20,000 bases of DNA, taken from NCBI GenBank assembly GCA_016218805.1, contig JACRCW010000008.1, positions 53,080 through 73,079 of the forward strand. The letters run 5' to 3'. This stretch comes from Deltaproteobacteria bacterium (lineage in GTDB: Bacteria > Myxococcota > JACRCW01). The notes under the pieces are model-generated. The model saw only the letters and a program-made list of their open reading frames with translations, was not told the origin of the DNA and did no database searches. Below are positions 1-9,487 of the stretch, one piece after another. How positions within the stretch are numbered: position 1 is the first letter of the stretch; each line of letters starts with the position of its first letter. The position numbers were made by a program, and so were the translations under genes.

Positions 1-359
1 GCACGCGCGGCGGCACCCCCCAGGACCAGGGCCAGCACGCCCACGAGCAGCGGCAGCAGCGTGGCGAAGGAGGCTTCGCCCGCCAGGCGGTAGCCCAGGC
101 CGGTGAGCGCGTGGAACAGGAACTCCTTGTCCGGGAAGTAGCTGCCCCATCCCAGGCCGGCTACCTCGGGGATGCTGCGCGGCAGCCCCTGCTCCGTCCA
201 GGCGCGGCTGATGGCCAGGTGGTAGTCCCGGTCAGGGTCCAACAGCGCGTAGCCCGCGTGGTGCCCCAGCACCACCCAGTGCATGAGCCAGGCGGGCAGG
301 GCCGCCCCCAGCACGGCCAGCGCGGCATGGCGCCAGGGCGGGCGCGGGGCGTCCGTCAC
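1..359 (-). CDS. Membrane protein, probably GT-C-fold glycosyltransferase-like; 5' part only, runs off the window start
   Basis: Not in the ORF track; translated by hand from a GTG overlapping the orn stop (GTGA): MTDAPRPPWRHAALAVLGAALPAWLMHWVVLGHHAGYALLDPDRDYHLAISRAW...YFPDKEFLFHALTGLGYRLAG... An N-terminal TM helix is followed by an acidic D-x-D-x-D-YH loop and further TM segments, as in GT-C enzymes. Confidence 0.55.
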   Translation of the reverse strand, partial: MTDAPRPPWRHAALAVLGAALPAWLMHWVVLGHHAGYALLDPDRDYHLAISRAWTEQGLPRSIPEVAGLGWGSYFPDKEFLFHALTGLGYRLAGEASFATLLPLLVGVLALVLGGAAAR

Positions 360-910
360 GACGGGTCCGGCGGTGCCACGCGGAAGAACGTCCGCCGGTA
401 GTGGCGGAGTTCCTCCAAGGACAGCGCCAGGTCGGCCAGCGTGGTGTGCTCGCGGCCAGGCTTGTTGTGGAACGGCACGGCCGGGAACCACGCACGCGTG
501 AGGACCTTGAGCGAGGAGACGTCAATGTGGCGGTAGTGCAGCCAGCCTTCAACGGACGGCATGTGCCGCCGCAGGAACGCGCGGTCCGCGTGCACGGAGT
601 TCCCCGCAAGCACGCCCTTGTGCCGCTCCACGTGGGACTGCAGGAAGCCCAGCACCTGTGTCTCCGCTTCTGCGACAGGCACGCCGGCGCTGCAGGCGCG
701 CTCCAACAGGCCGTTGGCGGCGTGCATGGCGCGCGCAACCTCATCCATCCGGGCCACGTCCGCCGCCGAGGGGCGCACCAGCACCGCCAGTTGCGCGCGC
801 GGTTCCAGGTCCGGACCGGTGATGATGACCCCCGCCTCCAGCACCACGTGCTGCTCGGGGTCCAACCCCGTCATCTCCAGGTCAATCCACACCCAGGTGT
901 CGCCGTGCAC
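356..910 (-). CDS. orn: Oligoribonuclease (DEDDh 3'-5' exonuclease)
   Basis: Motifs WIDLEMTGLD, MHAANGL, GNSVHADRAFL, HYRHIDVSSLK, SLEELRHYR; 184 aa; AGGAGG just upstream of the GTG start. Confidence 0.95.
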   Translation of the reverse strand: MHGDTWVWIDLEMTGLDPEQHVVLEAGVIITGPDLEPRAQLAVLVRPSAADVARMDEVARAMHAANGLLERACSAGVPVAEAETQVLGFLQSHVERHKGVLAGNSVHADRAFLRRHMPSVEGWLHYRHIDVSSLKVLTRAWFPAVPFHNKPGREHTTLADLALSLEELRHYRRTFFRVAPPDPS

Positions 911-919
911 GGGCCCTCC

Positions 920-2623
920 TCAGCGCAGTTCGCGCGTGATGCTGCGCCGCTCACCGGCCCTGAGCGTGATGGGAATGGCCGCCCGGAGATTCTCGTCGTC
1001 GTTGACCAGCGTGATGGTGTGCTTGCCGGATGGAATGGACATGTCCGCCACTGGGGTGAAGCGCCCGGAGTCCTTCCCGTCAATGAACACGCGCGCCCAG
1101 GGATTGCTCTGCAGCGTGAGCCACGCCTCGCCTGCCGCGGACGGCTCGGCGGGGCGCGGGCGCGGCCGCGGGGGATCCGGCACGCGTGACACCGCGGGGG
1201 CGGGCGCAGGCGGGGCGGGGACCTGCTCGGGTGCCACCAGCATCACCGTGGACGACCGGCCGGCCGCGACCTCCGCGCGCGTGCGCGCGCTCCGCCCGTC
1301 CGGCCAGCGCGCCTCCACCTCCGCCCCACCCGGGGCCAGCACGCGCTCCACGGGTGACGGGGACGGTGCCGCCACGCCGTCCACCAGGATCCGCGCGCCG
1401 GGCGGCTGGGTGTCCACGCGCAGCGAGCCGGTCACCGGCGCCGGTTCAACGGCCAGCATGCGCCAGCCGGCCAGCGCGCCCACCAGGGCCACCGCTCCCG
1501 CGGCGCCCAGCAGCGCCATGCGCCCCGCCGCTGGCCCGCCCGCCGGGGAACGCAACGCCGGTTCGGTGGGTTCCGCGGGGCCGGCGGCCAGCGCGCGCGG
1601 CGGGGTGGCGGAGGAGAAGCTGGCCGCGGCGGGGACGCGGTCCGGGTGGCGGGCCAGTTCCTCCACAACGCCCGCATAGTGGCGCTGCAGCTGGTGCTCG
1701 CGTTCGATCTCGTCCGGGAACAGCTGCTGCATCAGCGCCGCCACGCGCGGGGCACCCACGGACCAGCCCTGCGCCTGCGCCACGCGGTCCAACGCGGACA
1801 GCATGTGCGTGGCGTCCTGGAAACGGTCCGCCACGGCGCGGGCCAGCGCGCGGTCCACCGCCGCCACCAGGTCGGCGGGCAGCGAGGGCACCAGCGTCGG
1901 CAGCGCGTCGTAGGTGCCGGCCATGGTCAGCTTCAGCGCCTCCACCTCGCTGTTGGCAATGCGCATGCGCCGCATGGCCAGCAGCTCATACAGCACCACG
2001 CCCATGGCGTAGATGTCCGCGCGTTGGTCCGTCTGCAGTGATTCCACCTGCTCCGGCGCCAGGTACCCCATCTTCCCCTTGATGTTCCCCGTGGTGGTGT
2101 GCGTGAGCCGGTTGGCCGCCTTGGCAATGCCAAAATCCGCCAGGCGCACGCTGCCGTCATACCCCACCATGATGTTCTGCGGGCTCACGTCACGGTGGAC
2201 AATGCCCATGCTGCGGCCTGACGAGTCCATCTTCTGGTGCGCGTGCGCCAGTCCCGCCGTCGCCAGCAGCGCGATGTGCAGCGCCACATCCGTGGGGATG
2301 CGGATGCCGCGGCGGAGCGCGCTGCCAATGACCTGGCTCAGCGGCGCACCGGCCACGTAATCCATGGCCATGAAGTACGAGTCCCCCTCCTTGCCCAGGT
2401 CCAGCACGGACAGGATGTTGGGATGGCTGAGCGACGCGGCGATGCGGGCCTCGTCGATGAACATGCTCACCGAGTCCGGCTCCTGCGCCATGTGCGGCAG
2501 GATGCGCTTGACCGCCACCTGGCGGGAGAATCCCGCCGTGCCAACGGTGGCAGCGCGGAACACCTCGGCCATGCCGCCGGCGCCCACGCGCTGAAGCAGG
2601 ATGTATCGGCCGTAGCGCTCCAC
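920..2623 (-). CDS. Membrane-anchored Hanks-type Ser/Thr protein kinase with C-terminal PEGA-like domains
   Basis: GAGGMAEVF, VAVKRILP, HRDVSPQN, DFGIAK, GKMGYLAPEQ, DIYAMG; a TM segment (MALLGAAGAVALVGALAGW); then GSLRVDTQPPGARILVDG and LQSNPWARVFIDG...GKHTITL. The real start is probably GTG 2623 (VERYGRY), not 3169. Confidence 0.92.
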   Translation of the reverse strand: MERYGRYILLQRVGAGGMAEVFRAATVGTAGFSRQVAVKRILPHMAQEPDSVSMFIDEARIAASLSHPNILSVLDLGKEGDSYFMAMDYVAGAPLSQVIGSALRRGIRIPTDVALHIALLATAGLAHAHQKMDSSGRSMGIVHRDVSPQNIMVGYDGSVRLADFGIAKAANRLTHTTTGNIKGKMGYLAPEQVESLQTDQRADIYAMGVVLYELLAMRRMRIANSEVEALKLTMAGTYDALPTLVPSLPADLVAAVDRALARAVADRFQDATHMLSALDRVAQAQGWSVGAPRVAALMQQLFPDEIEREHQLQRHYAGVVEELARHPDRVPAAASFSSATPPRALAAGPAEPTEPALRSPAGGPAAGRMALLGAAGAVALVGALAGWRMLAVEPAPVTGSLRVDTQPPGARILVDGVAAPSPSPVERVLAPGGAEVEARWPDGRSARTRAEVAAGRSSTVMLVAPEQVPAPPAPAPAVSRVPDPPRPRPRPAEPSAAGEAWLTLQSNPWARVFIDGKDSGRFTPVADMSIPSGKHTITLVNDDENLRAAIPITLRAGERRSITRELR

Positions 2624-2696
2624 CGCGGTGCATGCTGCGGCATGGCGCGGGGGTCCGTAAAGCCCCGGTGTGGCGCCGCCCCGGCGGAGGATCCGG

Positions 2697-3584
2697 TCAG
2701 CGCCGCGCGGGCGCGGGCGCCGGCGTCTCCAGGGACGCGAGCGTGTCCCGGGCCATGCGCCAGGTGGCGCAGGCGCCCTGCAGGTTGGTGGCGGGTGGAC
2801 GGTCCAGCAGTGCGCGGGCAAACGGCCGGGCCGCCTCCAACTCCGCGTCCCGCTCCTTGAGCTTTTCCTGGGCGCGCCCGAACACCGCCAGACTGCCCGC
2901 CAGGATCCGCGCGGAGGCCGCCAGCGGCCCGACGTCATCCGCGGGCCCGCTGCCACCGTCAACGGCGGGCGTGTTGGCGCCGGGGGCGGCGCACACGGTG
3001 TCCAGGGCTTTGCGGGTTTCATCACGGATGGCGTCGGCGCCGCGGCGCCCGGCCAGCACGTTGCGCAGGGCCTCGGCCGCCAGGCCCCACGCGGCGGCCA
3101 CCTGCGCGTCATCCGCAGAGCGCAGGCGGCGGGACGGAAGCGGGCACCGGGCCGCACGCACCACGTCATCCTGCACGCCCACGGAAGGGGCCTCCACGCC
3201 GCCCTGGTCCTGCGTGATGTTCCGCACGCGGGTCACCCTCCAACGGCCGTCCGTGCGCGCAAAGGACACCTGGCTGCCGGCCACGCGCGCGTCCGCCGTG
3301 CAGCTGTTGGGGGCGGCGGCAATCAGCGGGAGCGCTGCCGTAGCGTCGGCCGGGAACCCGCGCGCCAGCAGGCGCCCGTCAAACAGCGAGCACCCATCCG
3401 GCGTGACCACGTCTTCGCCGGCGGCGGCGCGGCGGCCCAGCTCCACCAGCCCCGAGGCGCGGTCCGGTCCGCTGCACGTGTCCCCGGCGGGGAGCGGCGC
3501 GGGTTGCGGCGGGGGAGCACGGCGGCAGGCGGGGGCGAAAGCGAGGGCAAGGCCGACGGGGACGGTGCACCATGCGCGCAGCAT
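2697..3584 (-). CDS. Hypothetical protein, probable lipoprotein
   Basis: MLRAWCTVPVGLALAFAPAC resembles a lipoprotein signal and is followed by a Pro-rich linker; the ORF fills the gap between neighbouring genes; no family recognised. Confidence 0.6.
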   Translation of the reverse strand: MLRAWCTVPVGLALAFAPACRRAPPPQPAPLPAGDTCSGPDRASGLVELGRRAAAGEDVVTPDGCSLFDGRLLARGFPADATAALPLIAAAPNSCTADARVAGSQVSFARTDGRWRVTRVRNITQDQGGVEAPSVGVQDDVVRAARCPLPSRRLRSADDAQVAAAWGLAAEALRNVLAGRRGADAIRDETRKALDTVCAAPGANTPAVDGGSGPADDVGPLAASARILAGSLAVFGRAQEKLKERDAELEAARPFARALLDRPPATNLQGACATWRMARDTLASLETPAPAPARR

Positions 3585-3621
3585 GCCGCGCGTTGTACAC
3601 ACGCGGCAGGCGGGGTGTCAC

Positions 3622-4104
3622 ATGTCGCCCGGAGATGCACCCGTGGAAACGCTGACGGCCACCCTGCGCCAGGTCCTGGCCGACGACGCGTGGGTGCTGG
3701 GCCTGGCGGTGGTCACCGGGCTGGCCACGGTGCCGCTCACCGCATGGGTGCTGGTGCTGATGCCGGAGGATTACTTTGTTGCGGACGCGCGGCCGTTCCT
3801 GGCGGGCCGCCCGTTGTGGCTGCGCGTGTTGGCCACCGTGGTGAAGAACCTGGCGGCCTCCGTGCTGCTGGCGCTGGGCCTGGTGATGACGGTGCCGGGG
3901 ATTCCGGGCCAGGGGCTGCTCACCCTGTTTGTGGGCGTGCTGCTGCTGGACTTTCCGGGCAAGCGCGCGCTGGAGCGGCGGTTGTTCCAGCTGGCGCCGG
4001 TCCACCGGGTTGCCAACGCGGTGCGCGCGCGGTTCAAACGCGCGCCGCTGCTGGGGCTGGACCGGCCGGCGCACCCCCACGCCACGTCGAAACCCGCAGA
4101 TTGA
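3622..4104 (+). CDS. PGPGW-family putative transmembrane protein
   Basis: MPEDYF...KNLAASVLLALGLVMTVPGIPGQGLLTLFVGVLLLDFPGKRALERRL matches this family's pattern. Alternative start is GTG 3643, after GGAG. Confidence 0.8.
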   Translation: MSPGDAPVETLTATLRQVLADDAWVLGLAVVTGLATVPLTAWVLVLMPEDYFVADARPFLAGRPLWLRVLATVVKNLAASVLLALGLVMTVPGIPGQGLLTLFVGVLLLDFPGKRALERRLFQLAPVHRVANAVRARFKRAPLLGLDRPAHPHATSKPAD

Positions 4105-4112
4105 CGGCGCGC

Positions 4113-4544
4113 TCAGAGCACACGGCGCATCCAGTGGTGCGCAATCCCGCACTCCACGAATCCGTCGGAGCACGTGCAGAAGCCCATCGCCTCGTAGAAC
4201 GGGATCGCATGGTCCTGTGCGGCCAGCCGCACCTCGTGCCACCTGCGCTCCCCGGCCGCCTGGAGGAGGAACTCCATGACCAGCCGGCCCGCACCGCGCC
4301 GGCGATGCGACGCCAACACCGCCATGCGGCCGATCTTCGCGTACGCGTGCGTGGCATCCGGCGGGATGAGTCGCCCCGTCGCCACGGCCTGGTCGCCATC
4401 AAGCACCAGGACGTGCAGGGACACCGCGTCCAGCGCGTCCAACTCCTCCTCCGCCGGCACCTGCTGCTCATCCACAAACACCCGGAAACGGATGGCGTAC
4501 GCCTGCTGGAGGTCCGCTTCCGACGACACCACGCGCGTGCGCAT
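4113..4544 (-). CDS. GNAT N-acetyltransferase (YjcF/ElaA-like)
   Basis: AYAIRFRVFVDEQQVP..E.D..D, ATGRL, KIGRMAVLASHRRRGAG, LAAQDHAIPFYEAMGF, FVECGIAH. Confidence 0.92.
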   Translation of the reverse strand: MRTRVVSSEADLQQAYAIRFRVFVDEQQVPAEEELDALDAVSLHVLVLDGDQAVATGRLIPPDATHAYAKIGRMAVLASHRRRGAGRLVMEFLLQAAGERRWHEVRLAAQDHAIPFYEAMGFCTCSDGFVECGIAHHWMRRVL

Positions 4545-4626
4545 GTCCACCCGAGTAGCGCAGCGCGGCCGCCCACGCCAACCGCGCCGCATCCATGCTG
4601 GCGGTTGTTGGTGTAGCGTCACCCGC

Positions 4627-5520
4627 ATGCGACCGCCGTTTGCGCTGTACGCCGTCCTGCTGCTCGCCGGGTGCACCGGTGGCGGCGGCTCCAGTTCCTC
4701 GTCGTCATCCTCGTCGTCGTCCGGGGCCGGGGGCTCTTCGTCGGGGCCGGCGTCCTCGTCCGCGGCGTCCTCGTCGGGTGCGGCGGCGGTGCCGGAGCAG
4801 GAGCCCAACGACGGTGCGACGGCGGCGGACGTGAACGCGGGCACGGTGCCGGGCACGTTTGCCGGCGCGGTGGACCCCGCGGATGACATGGACATCTTTG
4901 CGTTTGATCTCACGGTGGGGACGGTGCTGGCGTGGACGCTGTCCACGCCGGGTGGCGTCATGGCACCGCACCTGGCGCTCAGCCAGGACGGCAACCGCGT
5001 CCCCACCATGGTGGCGCGCGCGGCGGCCGGCGGCGCGGCACGGCAGGAGCACTTTGTGCTGGAAGGCGGTCGCTATTACGCCATCATGCGTGACGCGCGG
5101 AACGTGCCCGCTGCCGCGTCCGCCCACGTCGGGTCGGCGCAGCATGCCTGGCAGCTGGCGGTGACAACGCTGGCCAAGACGCCGCGCACGGTGAGTTTTC
5201 CCGCGGATGAATCCGGGATGCTGGAGTCGGTGACCGCCATAGAAACCTGGCAATTCACCGCCACCGCCGGGATGGCGTTTGACATTGTCCTCCATGCGCG
5301 GCGCAAGACGCCCCCCTCTGACATGGATTCCCGGCTGTCGCTCTTTCACGCAGACGCTGCCGACTGGATCATCACCAACGACGACGACCTGGCCGAGTCC
5401 ACGGTGGACTCGCACGTGGGTGGCACGCTGACCGCAGCGGGGAGCTACATCGTCGTGGTGGAGAACGTGGAACCGGCGGCCACGGACCTGGGCTACCAGC
5501 TGGTGTTCTCGTTGCGTTGA
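4627..5520 (+). CDS. Lipoprotein with Ser/Gly-rich linker and two PPC-like (pre-peptidase C-terminal) beta domains
   Basis: Lipobox LLAG-C; poly-Ser linker; EQEPND, DDMDIFAF, DSRLSLF...NDD...DS...LTAAGSYIVVV motifs. Confidence 0.75.
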   Translation: MRPPFALYAVLLLAGCTGGGGSSSSSSSSSSSGAGGSSSGPASSSAASSSGAAAVPEQEPNDGATAADVNAGTVPGTFAGAVDPADDMDIFAFDLTVGTVLAWTLSTPGGVMAPHLALSQDGNRVPTMVARAAAGGAARQEHFVLEGGRYYAIMRDARNVPAAASAHVGSAQHAWQLAVTTLAKTPRTVSFPADESGMLESVTAIETWQFTATAGMAFDIVLHARRKTPPSDMDSRLSLFHADAADWIITNDDDLAESTVDSHVGGTLTAAGSYIVVVENVEPAATDLGYQLVFSLR

Positions 5521-5534
5521 GCACGGGGTGCCCC

Positions 5535-5966
5535 ATGGCAGAACCCACGCAGTGTCCGTGTTCCTCCGGCCGCGCCTACGCGGACTGTTGTCGCCCCTAC
5601 CACCGGGACGGCGTGGAGCCGCCCACGCCGGAGGCGTTGATGCGGTCGCGCTATTCGGCGTTTGCGCTCAAACAGGTGGAGCACCTGGTCCGCACGCTCC
5701 ACCCGGACAACGCGGATTCCCGCCGGCCCGTGGATGTGTTGAAGCGGGAGCTCAAAAAGAACTGCAACCGGTTCACCTACCCGGCGCTGGTTGTGCTGGA
5801 CGCGCGTGACCAGGACGCGGCGCGTGACGCGTGGGTCCGGTTCCGTGCCACCGTGCTGGACGGTTCCCGGGATTGCTCGTTCACGGAGGAGTCCCGCTTC
5901 CGGCGCGCGCACGGCGGCTGGCGCTACCTGGACGGAAAGGTGCTGCCGCCGGGACGGGATCATTGA
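5535..5966 (+). CDS. ychJ: YchJ family protein (SEC-C metal-binding motif plus NTF2-like domain)
   Basis: CPCSSGRAYADCCRPYH, PTPEALMRSRYSAF, FTEESRFRR..GGWRYLDG. Confidence 0.92.
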   Translation: MAEPTQCPCSSGRAYADCCRPYHRDGVEPPTPEALMRSRYSAFALKQVEHLVRTLHPDNADSRRPVDVLKRELKKNCNRFTYPALVVLDARDQDAARDAWVRFRATVLDGSRDCSFTEESRFRRAHGGWRYLDGKVLPPGRDH

Positions 5967-6031
5967 CGGAGCGCGCCTGCCGTGCGGCGGCGCACGCGCG
6001 TCTGACGCAGGTGTGGACTAGGGTCACCGGC

Positions 6032-6688
6032 ATGCGGGCGGCGGCGTTCTTTGATCTGGACGGCACCTTGCTCACGGTGAACTCCGCGAAGCTGTGGGTG
6101 CGCTACGAGCGCCGCCTGGGCCGTCTCAGCGTGCGGCAGGCGGCGCGCGGGGCGTTCCTGCTGGCGCGCTACCGGCTGGGCACGCTGGACATGGAACGCG
6201 TGCTCCGCGAGGTGCTGGGGACGGTGGCGGGCCTGGAGGAGGAGGCGCTGCGCCAGGAGACGCGCGCGTGGTGGCGCACGGAGGTGCGCCCGTTCGTCGC
6301 GCCCGGGGCGCGCGCGGTGATTGACACACACCGCAAGCGTGGCGAGCCCGTGGTGCTGTTGACGTCGAGTTCGCGCTACGCGTCCGAGATGGCCCGCGAG
6401 GAGTTTGGCCTGGACGACATCCTGTACCAGGCCTACGAGGTGCGCGACGGGCGCTTCACCGGCCTGCCGCTGTCCCCCATCTGCTACGGGCCGGGCAAGG
6501 TGGACGCCGCCGAGGCGTGGGCCCGCGCGCACGACGTGGACGTGGGACAGAGCAGCTTCTACTCGGACAGCTCCACGGACATCCCCATGCTGTCCCGCGT
6601 GGCGCGGGCCTTTGCCGTGCACCCCGACCCGGTCCTGCGCTGGACGGCGCGGCGGCGCGGCTGGCCCACGCTGGACTGGCGCCGTTGA
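6032..6688 (+). CDS. HAD-superfamily subfamily IB hydrolase (SerB-like)
   Basis: AAFFDLDGTLL, LLTSS, CYGPGK, FYSDSSTDIPML, VHPDPVL...RRRGW. Confidence 0.92.
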   Translation: MRAAAFFDLDGTLLTVNSAKLWVRYERRLGRLSVRQAARGAFLLARYRLGTLDMERVLREVLGTVAGLEEEALRQETRAWWRTEVRPFVAPGARAVIDTHRKRGEPVVLLTSSSRYASEMAREEFGLDDILYQAYEVRDGRFTGLPLSPICYGPGKVDAAEAWARAHDVDVGQSSFYSDSSTDIPMLSRVARAFAVHPDPVLRWTARRRGWPTLDWRR

Positions 6689-6722
6689 CCGGGCCCCGCG
6701 CGTGGGGCTGCAATGCGGTCCC

Positions 6723-9440
6723 ATGCTCGTGTGCACCAGCTGCGGCGGCGTGTTCGACGACGGGTACGACCTGTGCTCGTTTGACGGCGGCGCGCTGGAC
6801 CAGCCGTTCCGTGGACCGCGCGTGCTGGGCGAGCGGTGGATGCTGGAGCAGAAGCTGGCCCAGGGGGCAATGGGGGTGGTGTTCCGCGCGACGCACCTGC
6901 AGGTGGGCAACGCCGCCGCGGTGAAGCTGATGCTGCCCCAGGGGGATGACCTGCAGGTTGCGCTGGCGCGCTTCCACCGCGAGGCGCAGGTGCTGGGACT
7001 GGTAAGACATCCCAACGCGGTACTGGTGATGGACTTTGGTGTTGACGAGCGGGCGGGTGTGGCCGTGCCGTACCTGGTCACGGAGCTGCTGCGCGGGGAA
7101 TCGCTGGAGGAACTGCTGGAACGCCGCGGGTCGCTGCCGCTGGAGGAGGTGGAGCGCATCCTGGTGCCGCTGTGTGACGCCGTGGAGGAGGCGCACCAGG
7201 TGGGCGTGGTGCACCGGGATCTCAAGCCCTCCAACGTCTTCTTGGAGCGCCTGCGTGACGGTCACGAGGTGGTGAAGGTGTTGGACTTCGGCATCGCCAA
7301 GTTCATTGAGCTCACGGAGGAAGGCCTGCGGCGCCGCGCGCTGCCCGCAGCGGTGGAGGTGCCGGAGGGGGCATTTGTTGACGAGATCCTGGAGGTGCGC
7401 AGCGGCGGGCAGGGGACGGTGTCACTGCGCAGGGCGGAGCGGGCCGGGCCACGCAAGTCCGCCGAGGACGCCATCACCGAAGCGGGCTTCATGGTGGGGA
7501 CCATCCCGTTCATGGCGCCGGAGCAGATCACCGGAGGACGCATCAGCCGGCAGACGGACGTGTATGCCGCCGCGGCGCTGGCGTTTGTGGCGCTGGCCGG
7601 GCGCCTCCCGTTTGAAGGCGACGACGATGACATCATTGACGCCAAGCTTGCCGACGAGCGCCCGAGCCTGCGCGCCCTGGGGATTGACGTGCCGGCAGAG
7701 CTGGACGCGTTGCTGCGGCGGTGCATGGCCCTACAGCCGGCGGAGCGCCCGGGCAGCGTGCTGGTGGTGTCAGAGGCGCTGAGCGCAACGGTCCGCCGCC
7801 GTGCACAGCGGACGGGTGCCGACGGGGTCGCCGTGCTGGGCCGTTGCCTGGCCGGGCTGGATGCGGTGGTGGAGGCGCTGGAGGGCTTCAAGCGCGGGAC
7901 GGATACGGAGGCCGCGTATGAGCAGGCGCGCGATGGCCTGCTCACGCTCCTGGACGTGTCCGCCCGGCTGCGGCTGCTGGCCCCGGTGGACCCGGCCCTG
8001 TCACAGCCTGCGCACGCGGCGGCGCGCGCGCGGGCCGAACATGCGCTCACGGAGGTCACGCGGTTGGTGGCCGCAGTGCGCCAGCTGGACGGTGGGGACC
8101 CACGCATGCACGACTACCTGGCCGCGTTGTGGGCCCGGGCTCACGGCCCGCTGACGCGCGCGCTGGATGAGGTCCGCGCGCGCGCTCCCGGTGAAGGGAC
8201 CGCGCAGCCGGCCGCGGTGTCCGCGGTGGCCCTGGCCCCCGGACCGCAGGAGGTGGAAAGTGTGCGCGCCGCCGTGGCGCTGCTGGATGCGGGGGACGCG
8301 TTGGACGCCGCGGACGCGGTGGACTCCCTGCTGGAAGAACGTCTGGAGACCCTGTTGTCGGTCGTGGCCCAACCCGGGCTCGTGGACGATGCGGCGCGCG
8401 AGGCGCTGGTCCACGGACTGTTCCGCCACGCGGACGCGGTGCTGCTCGCGGACATGTCGTCGTCCGGGCGGCGGATGCGGGTGGCACCGTTCCTATGCCG
8501 TGCGCCGGGGCTGGCCTCCGCGGCGCGGTTCAGCCAGGCCGTGGCGCTGCTGTCTGACCCCGCGCCGGACGTGGGGCAGGTTGTCGCCGCGCCTGACGAC
8601 GGCGGCGGGCCTGTGTTGCTGCGGTGCCTGCTGTTGCACCCGGACGCCCTGGTGCGTGCCCGCGCCGCGGCGGCGCTGTCCCCGCAGGACTTTTGGACGG
8701 TGGCGGTCCACGCCGCGGCGCCGTTGTGGGCGGTGCGCACGGTGTTTGAGCGCGCGGCGGCGGTAGCGCCGCCCGAGTACCTCAAGGTGTTCTTTCTCCT
8801 TGTCCGCGAGAACGTTGCCGCGGCCATGCACCCGGACGCCATCCGCGAGGCGTTCCACCTGCTGCGCGCGTTCTTTGCCGTCCCCGCGTTTCACGAGGAC
8901 GTGGTGTTTGAGCCGCTGCTGGACCTGGACCGCACGCTGCGCGCCCGCGCCTCCGCGGCGGGGCTGCCGGTTCCCGGCGCGGAGGCGTATGACGACGTGG
9001 TGGCCGGTTTCGCCGCCGTGGGTGCGGTGGAGACCCAGGCGCCGGCATCCATGACGTCCGTCCCGCTGCCCATCCAGCGCCGCCTGGCGCGTGAAGGGTA
9101 TTTCCTCGCGTACTTCGCGTGCCACGCCAACGAGCGCGTGGCCCGCGAGACGCTGCCCCACCTGCTGCGGCTGGAGGACGTCACGCGTTTCATCCGCGTG
9201 CCCACCATCCACCGCGCGGTGCTGGTGGAGCTGTCACGCAACAAGCGGTTCTTCCGCCAGGACGGCGCGCGGCTGGCGCTGCTGCAGAACCCGCGCACGC
9301 CCGCGCCCGTGGCGCGCATGTTCCTGCCGTTCCTGCCGCATGACCAGGTGCGGCTGCTTGCCGCCAACCGGCACATTGGCGCGGAGGTGCGGCAACTGGC
9401 GGAGCAGTACCTGGAGAAGCTCCCCCAGCGCATGAAGTGA
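6723..9440 (+). CDS. Cytoplasmic Ser/Thr kinase with N-terminal Zn ribbon and long alpha-helical C-terminal region
   Basis: CTSC...CSFDG; LAQGAMGVVF, AAVKLM, HRDLKPSN, DFGIAK, MAPEQ, TDVYA; no clear TM segment; C-terminal LLQNPRTP...LAANRHI helical domain. ATG 6723 is the likely start. Confidence 0.9.
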   Translation: MLVCTSCGGVFDDGYDLCSFDGGALDQPFRGPRVLGERWMLEQKLAQGAMGVVFRATHLQVGNAAAVKLMLPQGDDLQVALARFHREAQVLGLVRHPNAVLVMDFGVDERAGVAVPYLVTELLRGESLEELLERRGSLPLEEVERILVPLCDAVEEAHQVGVVHRDLKPSNVFLERLRDGHEVVKVLDFGIAKFIELTEEGLRRRALPAAVEVPEGAFVDEILEVRSGGQGTVSLRRAERAGPRKSAEDAITEAGFMVGTIPFMAPEQITGGRISRQTDVYAAAALAFVALAGRLPFEGDDDDIIDAKLADERPSLRALGIDVPAELDALLRRCMALQPAERPGSVLVVSEALSATVRRRAQRTGADGVAVLGRCLAGLDAVVEALEGFKRGTDTEAAYEQARDGLLTLLDVSARLRLLAPVDPALSQPAHAAARARAEHALTEVTRLVAAVRQLDGGDPRMHDYLAALWARAHGPLTRALDEVRARAPGEGTAQPAAVSAVALAPGPQEVESVRAAVALLDAGDALDAADAVDSLLEERLETLLSVVAQPGLVDDAAREALVHGLFRHADAVLLADMSSSGRRMRVAPFLCRAPGLASAARFSQAVALLSDPAPDVGQVVAAPDDGGGPVLLRCLLLHPDALVRARAAAALSPQDFWTVAVHAAAPLWAVRTVFERAAAVAPPEYLKVFFLLVRENVAAAMHPDAIREAFHLLRAFFAVPAFHEDVVFEPLLDLDRTLRARASAAGLPVPGAEAYDDVVAGFAAVGAVETQAPASMTSVPLPIQRRLAREGYFLAYFACHANERVARETLPHLLRLEDVTRFIRVPTIHRAVLVELSRNKRFFRQDGARLALLQNPRTPAPVARMFLPFLPHDQVRLLAANRHIGAEVRQLAEQYLEKLPQRMK

Positions 9441-9487
9441 CGCGCCCTTGCGCACCGCGTGGGCCGCCGAAGTACGGTCCCAGCCGC

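Noticed and set aside
2624..3169. N-terminal extension of the first kinase given by the ORF track
   Set aside because: Overlaps the upstream gene in another frame and is Arg/Pro/Trp-rich noise. Similar extensions were trimmed for the pilin, GNAT, HAD, second kinase and sigma54 regulator.
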